Positions 20,034-28,089 of a stretch of DNA of 64,000 nt are shown piece by piece. The DNA comes from Candidatus Collierbacteria bacterium. Lineage in GTDB: Bacteria > Patescibacteriota > Microgenomatia > UBA1400 > JACPES01. Where the stretch lies: contig JACRNH010000024.1 of assembly GCA_016219325.1 (NCBI GenBank), positions 1,789 to 65,788 of the forward strand, read 5' to 3'. The position numbers and the translations under genes were made by a program. Position 1 is the stretch's first letter; each line of letters opens with the position of its first letter. Under the pieces are notes generated by a model that saw nothing but the letters and a program-made list of their open reading frames with translations, did not search any database and was not told where the DNA came from.

Positions 20034-20195
20034 TTGCGTCAAGCTCAGCTTGACAATTGCCCCGCTAAGCGGGGCGTTTTTGTTCGAGTCGACTTTTTCG
20101 GAAGCGCGGCGGGTGGCCTGCCCGCAATGCTTCGCAAAGCGATAGCAGGCGGGGGGCGCCGCGCTCACCTTGCGAGCCGAGCGGAGCGAGGCGAG
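20034..20195. repeat. GC-rich inverted repeat, right copy (extended, with an internal terminator-like hairpin)
   Basis: Reverse-complement copy of 19039-19132. It also carries the palindrome GTCAAGCTcAGCTTGAC and ccccgcttagcgggg + TTTTT at 20060-20083. Confidence 0.85.
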
Positions 20196-20241
20196 CTAAC
20201 ACGATTCTTTGAAATGAGTTCGAATTTTGTCAAAAACGTTC

Positions 20242-20514
20242 CTAAAGGTATTTATATTCTAATTCTTTTAGGATTTCTTTAAGTTGAATTTTAAGCTCTC
20301 CTCGTCCATTCCCACCCTTTAAGTATTTTTCCCGTCGTTTGGCATCTAGCTCTTTCTCATATGCTTCATAATAAATCAGTTTAAGTGGCCGTCTATGTTT
20401 GGTCGCCTTAACAAATCCGTTGCTATGTGCCTTAAAACGAGATTTCAAGTCTGGAGAAAATCCGGTATATAACTCTTTGTCCTTTTCTGAAAAAAGAATA
20501 TAGACGTAATACAT
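20242..20514 (-). CDS. GIY-YIG nuclease-superfamily protein (YhbQ/UPF0213-like)
   Basis: MYYVYILFSEKDKELYTGFSPDLKSRFKAHSNG...RREKYLK is the canonical GIY-YIG pattern. Confidence 0.8.
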   Translation of the reverse strand: MYYVYILFSEKDKELYTGFSPDLKSRFKAHSNGFVKATKHRRPLKLIYYEAYEKELDAKRREKYLKGGNGRGELKIQLKEILKELEYKYL

Positions 20515-20535
20515 CTATATCTAGTGTAGCAAAAA

Positions 20536-20578
20536 TAAACGTATGGTGATCGAGCTGAGCTCGATAATCACCAAGCTA
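20536..20578 (-). terminator. Hairpin + T-tract downstream of tRNA-Glu (minus strand)
   Basis: The minus-strand reading ggtgattatcgagctcagctcgatcacc is followed by atacgtttatttttg. Confidence 0.4.
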
Positions 20579-20582
20579 AGCT

Positions 20583-20657
20583 TGGTGACCCCACCGGGAG
20601 TCGAACCCGAGTTTACAGGATGAGAACCTGCCGTCCTAGCCATTAGACGATGGGGCC
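20583..20657 (-). tRNA. tRNA-Glu (anticodon CUC), CCA encoded
   Basis: Manual fold: acceptor GGCCCCA/TGGGGTC, D-arm GTCT-AATGGCTA-GGAC, anticodon loop TTCTCAT, T-loop TTCGACT. The sequence has the tRNA-Glu-like CCCCaTCGTCTAatGGCtAGGAC signature. Confidence 0.8.
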
Positions 20658-20736
20658 TGTTTCTAAACTATGCAGAATTATATCAATCCCTAGGTTATAA
20701 TTCTTATTGTCTTTATAATGTTTATCGCTTATAAAC

Positions 20737-20807
20737 TGCGGGATCTGCTAATGGTAGGCAAGCTGGCTCTGAACCAGTAAATCTAGGTTCGATTCCTAGT
20801 CCCGCAA
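20737..20807 (+). tRNA. tRNA-Gln (anticodon CUG), U1-A72, no encoded CCA
   Basis: Manual fold: acceptor TGCGGGA/TCCCGCA, anticodon stem GCTGG/CCAGT, loop CTCTGAA, T-arm CTAGG-TTCGATT-CCTAG. Confidence 0.8.
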
Positions 20808-20820
20808 CAAATCTTTTATT

Positions 20821-22110
20821 ATGTTTCCCAAACTTAAAAAATTCTTCAAAAATTTGGGTCCCGGATTAATTACCGGCGCGGCCGACGATGACCCGTCTGG
20901 AATTGCCACATATTCCCAGACCGGAGCCCAATTTGGCTACGGAATGTTGTGGACGGCAATATTTATGCTGCCTTTTCAGGCCGGAGTTCAAGAGGCGGCG
21001 GCAAGGATTGGGGCGGTAACAGGAAGAGGAATTGCCGCTAATATCAAGCAGATCTTTGGTAAAAAAATTCTTTATCCGGTGGTGTTTCTATTAGTGGTAG
21101 CCAATACTATTAATATCGGAGCGGACATCGGGGCCATGGCCGCGGCCGCGGATTTAATTTTTCCAATCGGTTTTATTCCTTTTGCTCTGGTATTTACATC
21201 AATAATCTTGCTTTTGGAAATTTTTACTTCTTACAAAGTCTATTCAAAGATCTTGAAATGGTCGGTGGTAACTCTTTTAGCATATCCGGTTACAGTTTTT
21301 ATGATCAATCAGCCTTGGAAAACGGTTTTGGCGGCGACTTTCATCCCTCATCTTGAATTTAGTTTTCAATTTTTGTTTATCATAACCGGAGTTTTAGGGA
21401 CTACTATTTCTCCTTATATGTTTTTTTGGCAGGCATCAACAGAGGTTGAAGAAGAAAAGCAAGCCGGGTTTTTAAAATATGACGGAAGACCATGGATGAA
21501 CAATCAGTTTATGCGTAATTTAAGGCTGGATAATTTTGTGGGGATGTTATCTTCAGAAATCGGAACTTGGGCAATTATATTAGTGGCGGCAACAGTTCTT
21601 AATTCGCATGGAATAACCGATATTAAAACAGCTGCCGATGCCGCCCGCGCCTTGGAACCGTTAGTTAATACTTTCCCTAATGCCGGATATTTAGCTAAAG
21701 CGATATTTGCGGTAGGAATTATGGGCTTGGGGTTTTTGTCCATTCCGGTATTGGCCGGTTCGGCCGCTTATGCTGTCGCGGAAACGTTTAATTTTAAAGA
21801 AGGTTTAAACTTAAAATTCAAGAAAGCCCCGGGATTTTACGGGATTATTATCGTTTCTATGTTGATAGGATTGCTAATAAATTTTATCGGGGTTGATCCG
21901 ACTAAAGCTTTGGTTTATACAGCGGTAATCAACGGAGTAGTGGCAGTTCCCTTGATTTTTGTGATCGCCAAAATCGCAAACGACGGATCGGTTTTAGGCC
22001 AATATAAAAGCGGCAAGCTTAGTAATTTTTTAATCGGGATTGCGTTTACTGGTCTTGCCTTAGCCGCTCTCGGAATGTTGCTAAGCCTTGCATTGTCATT
22101 CCGGGCGTAG
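20821..22110 (+). CDS. mntH: NRAMP-family divalent metal (Mn2+/Fe2+) transporter
   Basis: The GPGLITGAADDDPSGIATYSQTGA NRAMP signature is present in a polytopic protein. The last 7 codons and the stop are supplied by a family-A repeat. Confidence 0.85.
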   Translation: MFPKLKKFFKNLGPGLITGAADDDPSGIATYSQTGAQFGYGMLWTAIFMLPFQAGVQEAAARIGAVTGRGIAANIKQIFGKKILYPVVFLLVVANTINIGADIGAMAAAADLIFPIGFIPFALVFTSIILLLEIFTSYKVYSKILKWSVVTLLAYPVTVFMINQPWKTVLAATFIPHLEFSFQFLFIITGVLGTTISPYMFFWQASTEVEEEKQAGFLKYDGRPWMNNQFMRNLRLDNFVGMLSSEIGTWAIILVAATVLNSHGITDIKTAADAARALEPLVNTFPNAGYLAKAIFAVGIMGLGFLSIPVLAGSAAYAVAETFNFKEGLNLKFKKAPGFYGIIIVSMLIGLLINFIGVDPTKALVYTAVINGVVAVPLIFVIAKIANDGSVLGQYKSGKLSNFLIGIAFTGLALAALGMLLSLALSFRA

Positions 22111-22128
22111 ACCCGGAATCTATATAAA
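22094..22128. repeat. Family-A hairpin repeat (overlaps the mntH 3' end)
   Basis: tgtcattccGGGCGTAGACCCggaatctatataaatt. A related copy lies at 22208-22248 (cgtcgttgcgaggagcttgcgacgtggcaatctatata). Confidence 0.8.
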
Positions 22129-22265
22129 TTTATTTTCAACGTCTAATTTCCTCTAAATTCTTTTAGAATCCTATAAAACTATTCAAAAATTCTGTTTAAT
22201 TCGGTTTCGTCGTTGCGAGGAGCTTGCGACGTGGCAATCTATATATTATCTGGCATTAATTTTAA

Positions 22266-22967
22266 TTGTTGTTTAAAATAGAATCACTTATGCCCAAATT
22301 TCCATCCCGTCTTTTTCCTTTAATTCTTCTCTTCCTTCTTTTTCCCTCTTTAATTCTCAACGCGTTTTTACTCCAAAGAACAAATAAGGCAGAAGAGGGG
22401 ATTAAGGTTTTAGGCGTAATTGACGGAGACACTCTGGTTTTGGACGGAAAAGTCAGATTAAGGCTAAGAAGCGTTGACGCTCCGGAGCTGGATTTTTGCG
22501 GCGGCCCCGAAGCCAAGCAGGAATTGGAACGGCTAGTTTCAGAAAAAAAAGTGGCGGTAAAGGAACAAATTATTGATCAGAGAGGCCGGCCGATGGGTTT
22601 AGTTTATGCAGATGGGAAATCGGTGAATGAGCAGATATTGACTTCCGGGTGGGGACGGTTCCATAGCGATATTACGGATGAGAAGGAAAATTTAAAAGCA
22701 GCCTACGAAAAAGCTAAAGAACAAAAATTAGGGATTTGGGGTCCAAAATGTCAACAAACTGAAAATACGGATAATCCTAAATGTAATATCAAAGGTAATA
22801 TCGATAAAAATTCCGACCGTAGAAATTATTATTTCCCCGGATGCGCTCAATACAACTTTACGATTGTGGAGAAAGATATGGGAGAGGGTTGGTTTTGCTC
22901 CGAAAAAGAAGCTCAAAAAGCCGGTTACACCCGTTCCAAAACTTGCTTCACCCCTTATGTCCCTTAA
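22266..22967 (+). CDS. Secreted thermonuclease (SNase-like) with a C-terminal Cys-rich domain
   Basis: It has a signal peptide. 'GVIDGDTLVLDGKVRLRLRSVDAPE' is the SNase active-site region. The C-terminus is CNIKGNID...PGCAQY...C. Confidence 0.7.
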   Translation: MLFKIESLMPKFPSRLFPLILLFLLFPSLILNAFLLQRTNKAEEGIKVLGVIDGDTLVLDGKVRLRLRSVDAPELDFCGGPEAKQELERLVSEKKVAVKEQIIDQRGRPMGLVYADGKSVNEQILTSGWGRFHSDITDEKENLKAAYEKAKEQKLGIWGPKCQQTENTDNPKCNIKGNIDKNSDRRNYYFPGCAQYNFTIVEKDMGEGWFCSEKEAQKAGYTRSKTCFTPYVP

Positions 22968-22999
22968 TCTCTTAAATTCCCCTAATCCCCCTTATCTCC

Positions 23000-23821
23000 C
23001 TAATCTCTCTTACTTATTTTTATAAACCTTTTCCTTCCAAATTGATCTTTTATGATTTTTGCCCTGAAGTTTTTCGGAAGTTCCAAATCTTTAATTCTAT
23101 GTGTCTCGTCAATCTCCAAAAGTAAAACACCTTTAGATTTTAGCCTTGCCTGCGATTGAGCAATTAATTTATTGATCAATTTTAACCCATCCGGCCTGCC
23201 GTCGAGAGCTAAACGCGGTTCAAAATCTTTAACGGACTTCGGTAGTTTTGAAATTCTGGCAGAGGGAATATATGGAAGGTTGGCAATAATTAGATCAAAC
23301 CTTAAGTCTTTTGGGTAGCTATCAAACAAATCGCTTTCTAACCACACTAGCCACAAAAGGCCAGGCCTTTTTAAAAAGGCCTGGCCTTTTGTGGCTCTTA
23401 TGAGTCTTGAAATGTTTTCTTCCGCCACTTTCAACGCTTCTTCGGAAATATCAGACATATATATAGTAGGTTGAATTTCTAATTTAACTAATTCCAGATA
23501 TAGAGTAATCCCAATGCATCCGCATCCAGTTCCAAGGTCGGCGATGATTGGGGAGTAAGGAGTAGAAAGTAAAGAGCAAGAGCTAAGAATTTTTATGGCT
23601 TCGTCAATGAGCTGTTCGGTCTCAATCCGCGGGATTAAAACGTGTTTATTAACCTTAAAATCCCGACCGTAAAACTCCGCCCATCCGGTAATATATTCCA
23701 CCGGCATTTCACCATACTTTTTTAATTGTGAAGTTTGTCCTGCTAAGCAGGATCCTGCTCCGCAGGACGAAACTTTCCATTTCGCTAGCCAATTTATCTC
23801 CCTAGGGGAAAATTGCCTCAT
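23000..23821 (-). CDS. prmC: Release-factor glutamine N5-methyltransferase (HemK/PrmC)
   Basis: DLGTGCGCIGITL (motif I) and IIANLPY (the NPPY variant) are present. It carries a 15-aa in-frame insertion encoded by a perfect 44-nt palindrome. Confidence 0.85.
   Translation of the reverse strand: MRQFSPREINWLAKWKVSSCGAGSCLAGQTSQLKKYGEMPVEYITGWAEFYGRDFKVNKHVLIPRIETEQLIDEAIKILSSCSLLSTPYSPIIADLGTGCGCIGITLYLELVKLEIQPTIYMSDISEEALKVAEENISRLIRATKGQAFLKRPGLLWLVWLESDLFDSYPKDLRFDLIIANLPYIPSARISKLPKSVKDFEPRLALDGRPDGLKLINKLIAQSQARLKSKGVLLLEIDETHRIKDLELPKNFRAKIIKDQFGRKRFIKISKRD
23351..23394. repeat. Family-B palindromic element inserted in frame in prmC
   Basis: ccacaaaaggccaggcctttttaaaaaggcctggccttttgtgg (a perfect palindrome) encodes ..KGQAFLKRPGLLW... 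Confidence 0.85.
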
Positions 23822-24591
23822 TTTATGAAGTTCCAGAAAGCGATTGCCAAAACGATCCGGTAGATTCCAAATGCGGCCAGTGAGTGCTTTTTCATAAACT
23901 TAATCAGCCATTTAACCGTGATTTTGGCGGCTATAAATGAAACTATAAAACCGATAATCAATAGTTTAACGTCGCTGGCAGAGAAATATTTGTACGATTT
24001 GATTAAATCCAAGCCGGTAGCCGCTGCCATCGTTGGGACGGCAAGAAGAAAAGAAAATTCAACCGCGCTTGAACGTGATAATCCAACAGACATTCCCCCA
24101 ATGATTGTGGCTGCGGCTCTGGAAACACCCGGAATCATTGAAATGGCTTGTGATAGTCCTATCAATAAACATGGCTTTAAGTTTAGTTCCTCAAACGTTA
24201 AATCATTTTTAATTTTTATTTTAGCCAAAATTTTTTCTAAAATGATCAATAAAATTCCTCCGATAAAAAGTGAGACTAAAACAATCCGCGGATCACCAAT
24301 TAAATATTGTTTAATAAATTTGTACAGAATAAATCCGATTATCGCCGAAGGCAGGAAAGCGGCCAATATTTTCGGATACAATTTTTTATTATCAAGAAGT
24401 TTTTTAAAATAAAGGACAACAACAGCCATTGTCGCTCCAAACTGAATAATAATTTCAAAACTTTTGACAAACCCCGTTTGGGCGATATTTAACAATTTGG
24501 ACGCCAAGATTAAATGGCCTGTTGACGAAATCGGTAAGAATTCGGTTATACCCTCAACGATGGATAAAACTAGAGTTTGGATTAAATTCAT
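23818..24591 (-). CDS. uppP: Undecaprenyl-diphosphatase
   Basis: EGITEFLPISSTGHL is the BacA/UppP signature. The protein has 8 TM segments. Confidence 0.9.
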   Translation of the reverse strand: MNLIQTLVLSIVEGITEFLPISSTGHLILASKLLNIAQTGFVKSFEIIIQFGATMAVVVLYFKKLLDNKKLYPKILAAFLPSAIIGFILYKFIKQYLIGDPRIVLVSLFIGGILLIILEKILAKIKIKNDLTFEELNLKPCLLIGLSQAISMIPGVSRAAATIIGGMSVGLSRSSAVEFSFLLAVPTMAAATGLDLIKSYKYFSASDVKLLIIGFIVSFIAAKITVKWLIKFMKKHSLAAFGIYRIVLAIAFWNFIK

Positions 24592-24607
24592 TGTTAATAG
24601 GTCAATT

Positions 24608-24695
24608 TTGTCATTCCGAGCGATCCGCCAACCGGCGGAGAGCGTGGGAATCTCTTGTCAGATTGCCACGTCACTACGTTTCTCGCAATGACAAC
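24608..24695. repeat. Composite family-A-like nested palindrome
   Basis: ttgtcattccgagcg...gggaatctcttgtcagattgccacgtcactacgtttctcgcaatgacaa. The ORF-track start of the next gene runs through it. Confidence 0.6.
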
Positions 24696-24726
24696 TACAA
24701 AACTTGTTTATGTTATCATTTCCCTT

Positions 24727-26019
24727 ATGACCATCGGGGTAGTCGGAGTCGGTTTCGTCGGTTTAGTAACTGCGGCTGTTTTTTCCAAATTCGGAAATAC
24801 AGTTTGGGCGGTTAACAGAGATAAACAAAAATCAGATGACCTAAAAAATGGCAAGATTCCTTTTTTTGAACCCGGGTTGGAGGAATTGGTAAAAGAAAGC
24901 GTTGAGGCTGGCAGGCTTAAATTTACCACACAGTATTCAGACGCTATTTCAGATGCTGATGTAGTAATGATCGCCGTTGGCACTCCATCGGCTCCGGATG
25001 GAACTGCTGATTTATCCGCGGTTTTTGGGGCTGCTAAATCTTTGGCTCCGTATATCAAAACAGGGGCGATTGTTATTGTTAAGTCTACTGTTCCTCCCGG
25101 GACCAACGATAAAGTTAGGGAAATTATTGGAACCGTTACTAAAAAGCAGTTTTATACCGCTTCCGTTCCGGAATTTCTACGTGAAGGAACCGCGGTTGAC
25201 GATACTCTTCATCCCGACAGAATTCTGATCGGTTCCAATGAGCCGGCGGTGATTAAAAAACTTCTAGAATTGCACCGGCCCTTAAACGGTGAAACCGTGA
25301 TTATGCGCCCGGAATCTGCCCAGCTGACCAAGTACTCATCCAATGCTTATCTGGCAAACCGGATTGTGTTTATTAACCAAATTTCCGATCTGGCCGAAAA
25401 AACCGGAGCCGACGTCCAGGAAATTATCCGCGGAATGGGATTGGACAGCAGAATAGGATTGCATTATTGGTGGCCGGGATTGCAATATGGGGGTAGTTGC
25501 TTCCCTAAAGACGTTAAGGAATTGGCAGCTTATGCCAGGCGAGTTGGTGAGGGCGACGGATTATTTGAAAAAATAGATCAGCTTAATGAAAACCGGTTAT
25601 TAAAATTACTAACCAGATTTGAAAAAGCCGTTGGTGGGTGGAACGGTAAAACAGTTGCGGTTTTGGGATTGTCCTTTAAACCGAATACTGATGACATGCG
25701 GGAAGCGCCTTCAATGAAAGTCATTCCGTTGTTAACTGCCGCCGGAGCCGCAGTTTACGTCTATGATCCACAGGCATCAGGCCATGCTAAAAAAATATTG
25801 GGCGATAGTGTGGCAAAATATGCAGTTAATCCTTATGAAGCCGTAAAAGGAGCAACCGCGTTAATGATTTTGGTGGAATGGGATGAGTTTAAATCTTTGG
25901 ATTTGCCAAAGATAAAAAAGAATATGACCCCGGGCGCGGTTTTCATCGATACCAGAAATTTATACGATCCTCAAATAATCAAAGAAGCAGGATTGAAATA
26001 CGTTGGAATCGGGAGGTAA
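24727..26019 (+). CDS. ugd: UDP-glucose 6-dehydrogenase / nucleotide-sugar dehydrogenase
   Basis: GVVGVGFVGL (a Rossmann fold at the N-terminus) and the GGSCFPKDV active-site signature are present. The start was chosen at the internal ATG (MTIGVV...) downstream of the repeat. The ORF-track start is 24655. Confidence 0.8.
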   Translation: MTIGVVGVGFVGLVTAAVFSKFGNTVWAVNRDKQKSDDLKNGKIPFFEPGLEELVKESVEAGRLKFTTQYSDAISDADVVMIAVGTPSAPDGTADLSAVFGAAKSLAPYIKTGAIVIVKSTVPPGTNDKVREIIGTVTKKQFYTASVPEFLREGTAVDDTLHPDRILIGSNEPAVIKKLLELHRPLNGETVIMRPESAQLTKYSSNAYLANRIVFINQISDLAEKTGADVQEIIRGMGLDSRIGLHYWWPGLQYGGSCFPKDVKELAAYARRVGEGDGLFEKIDQLNENRLLKLLTRFEKAVGGWNGKTVAVLGLSFKPNTDDMREAPSMKVIPLLTAAGAAVYVYDPQASGHAKKILGDSVAKYAVNPYEAVKGATALMILVEWDEFKSLDLPKIKKNMTPGAVFIDTRNLYDPQIIKEAGLKYVGIGR

Positions 26020-26023
26020 TATC

Positions 26024-26103
26024 ATGTGAACATGGGAACATGAGAGCATTAATAAATTCATAAAAATGCTCCAATGTTCTAATGTTCCAATGCTCAAATG
26101 AAC
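26024..26103. repeat. Intercistronic imperfect palindrome (AATG-rich)
   Basis: gaacatgggaacatgagagcatt...aatgctccaatgttctaatgttccaatgctcaaatgaacatt lies between ugd and the next gene. Confidence 0.6.
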
Positions 26104-26982
26104 ATTCTAGTCACAGGCTCTTCCGGTTTTGCCGGCCGCCATTTAACCAAGTATCTTCAGGTCAAAGGCCATACTGCCTTGATTCCGGAAATTGATTTAT
26201 TAAATGCCACCGAAACGGAAGTAGTCATTTCAAAGCAAAAATTCGATGCGGTTGTCCATTTGGCGGCAATGGCTGAAGTCGGAACAAGCATGATTTCTCC
26301 GGCTAAAATTCTGCGGAATAATATTTTCGCCCAATTGAATTTATTGGAAGCCCTAAGACGGAGAAATTCTAAAGCTAGAGTTTTAATAATCTGTAGCGCC
26401 GACGAATATGGCGGAAGTCAGGAAGGGTCCATTGATGAAAATGCTCAGTTTATGCCGGCCAGTCCTTACGCTGTTTCCAAGATAGCCCAGGATTTTTTAG
26501 GTCTGCAATATTTTTTATCTTACGGATTAAACATTATCCGGTTAAGGCCGTTTAATCACATCGGCGAAGGTCAGCGGATTGGTTTCGTGGTCCCGGATTT
26601 TGTTAAGCAGATCGTGGAGATAGAGAAAAGCGGTCAATCAGGCGAAATAATAGTCGGCAATTTAGAGGCTGTCCGCGACTTTACCGATGTTCTTGATATG
26701 GTTTCGGCTTATGAATTGGCTTTGATAAAAGGCCAGGCAGGTGAAGTTTATAACGTTGGTTCCGGCAAGGGGGTTAAAATTTCTTATTTATTAAACCAGC
26801 TTGTCAAAATGTCTAAGGCTAAAATAAAAATTACGGTTGATGAATCAAGATTTCGTCCCGGGGAACCTTCGCAACTAATATGTAATTCGGAGAAATTTAT
26901 GAAAGCCACCGGCTGGAAACCTGAAATCCCTTTGGAAAAAACTTTAGAAAGAGTGCTAGAATGGTGGAGGAAGACTAGGTAA
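26098..26982 (+). CDS. NAD-dependent epimerase/dehydratase (SDR), likely GDP-4-keto-6-deoxy-D-mannose reductase (Rmd-like)
   Basis: VTGSSGFAGRHL is a Rossmann motif and YAVSK is the catalytic YxxxK. It sits adjacent to gmd. Confidence 0.55.
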   Translation: MNILVTGSSGFAGRHLTKYLQVKGHTALIPEIDLLNATETEVVISKQKFDAVVHLAAMAEVGTSMISPAKILRNNIFAQLNLLEALRRRNSKARVLIICSADEYGGSQEGSIDENAQFMPASPYAVSKIAQDFLGLQYFLSYGLNIIRLRPFNHIGEGQRIGFVVPDFVKQIVEIEKSGQSGEIIVGNLEAVRDFTDVLDMVSAYELALIKGQAGEVYNVGSGKGVKISYLLNQLVKMSKAKIKITVDESRFRPGEPSQLICNSEKFMKATGWKPEIPLEKTLERVLEWWRKTR

Positions 26983-27057
26983 GAAAATAATGAGTAAGAA
27001 GTAATGAGTAATGAATTTTTTGATCATTATTTCTTACTTTCTACTCATTACTCATTA
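26981..27057. repeat. Family-D 'GTAATGA' palindrome at a cistron junction
   Basis: aatgagtaagaagtaatgagtaatgaa ... tcattatttcttactttctactcattactcatta. It supplies the stop of the upstream gene and a spurious N-terminal extension of gmd. Confidence 0.8.
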
Positions 27058-28089
27058 ATGTCACGAAAAGCATTTATCACCGGCATTACCGGCCAGGACG
27101 GAAGTTATTTAGCGGAATTTCTTTTGGATAAGGGTTATGAAGTTTATGGCTTGATCCGCCGGACTTCAACGGTATCAACTGAACGAGTCTCTCATCTTTT
27201 GCATAAAATTTCAGTAGTCGACGGCGACTTAACCGATCAGCATTCGTTAACGCAGGCCATCCGCGACGTCCAGCCGGATGAAATTTATAATTTGGCGGCT
27301 CAATCTTTTGTTCCGACTTCGTTTAAGCAGCCGGTTTTAACCAGCGAAGCTACGGCTTTAGGGGTTACCAGAATGTTGGAGGCTATTCGCATCGCCAAGC
27401 CGGATACTAAATTTTATCAGGCGAGTTCTTCGGAAATGTTCGGTAAAGCGGTTGAAGTTCCGCAGTCGGAAACAACTCCATTTTATCCCCGTAGTCCTTA
27501 TGGTGTAGCCAAGGTCTACGGTCATTGGATCACGGTTAATTACCGGGAGTCATATAATCTTTTTGCCTGTTCAGGGATACTTTTTAATCATGAATCACCC
27601 CGCCGCGGTTTGACTTTTATTACCCGTAAAATCTCCATGAGCGTGGCTTGTCTGGCTACGGATTTGAAATGGGTGCCTCAAAATGAGATTGGCGAACCTT
27701 TAGTCGGACAGGATAAAAAAATCGCCATTGGCAATCTTGAATCTAAACGCGATTGGGGATTTGCCGGAGATTATGTTGAGGCGATGTGGTTGATGCTGCA
27801 GCAGTTAAAACCGGATGATTTTGTGATCGGAACAGGGGAAACCCATTCTGTCAGAGATTTTCTGGAGGCGGCTTTTGAGGTAGTTCAAATTAAAGATTGG
27901 GAAAAGCATATTAAAGTTGACAAGCGCTTTTACCGTCCGGCTGAAGTAGATCTATTGATTGCCGATCCTTCCAAGGCAAACCGGAAACTAAATTGGAAGC
28001 CAAAAACAAGTTTTAAGGATTTAGTAAAAATGATGGTGGAATATGATATAAAATTTGTGAAAAGGCAAATCGAAGGTAATCAAAAATGA
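27004..28089 (+). CDS. gmd: GDP-mannose 4,6-dehydratase
   Basis: [32 protein letters not shown] is near-canonical Gmd. The true start is probably the internal ATG at about 27058 (MSRKAF...). Confidence 0.9.
   Translation: MSNEFFDHYFLLSTHYSLMSRKAFITGITGQDGSYLAEFLLDKGYEVYGLIRRTSTVSTERVSHLLHKISVVDGDLTDQHSLTQAIRDVQPDEIYNLAAQSFVPTSFKQPVLTSEATALGVTRMLEAIRIAKPDTKFYQASSSEMFGKAVEVPQSETTPFYPRSPYGVAKVYGHWITVNYRESYNLFACSGILFNHESPRRGLTFITRKISMSVACLATDLKWVPQNEIGEPLVGQDKKIAIGNLESKRDWGFAGDYVEAMWLMLQQLKPDDFVIGTGETHSVRDFLEAAFEVVQIKDWEKHIKVDKRFYRPAEVDLLIADPSKANRKLNWKPKTSFKDLVKMMVEYDIKFVKRQIEGNQK

Noticed and set aside
20034-20282. 82-aa ORF (plus) rich in Ala/Gly/Arg
   Set aside because: It lies entirely within the GC-rich right inverted repeat (the reverse complement of the left copy). 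Its composition reflects the repeat, not coding. It is most likely spurious.
23918-24815. Several 60-160-aa ORFs overlapping uppP on the opposite strand or in other frames (23918..24412, 24307..24492, 24464..24691, 24522..24815)
   Set aside because: UppP (minus) is unambiguous. These are shadow frames or run through the repeat at 24608-24695.
27004-27057. N-terminal extensions of gmd ([20 protein letters not shown]...), of ORF 37604 (MNRRVHYLLLSIFYSLF...), of ORF 59207 (MDLIHGLIVIPAKAGIYINIIILL...) and of ORF 24655 (MSDCHVTTFLAMTTTKL...)
   Set aside because: These extensions are translations of palindromic repeat elements (families D and A) upstream of the conserved N-termini. The true starts are the internal ATGs.
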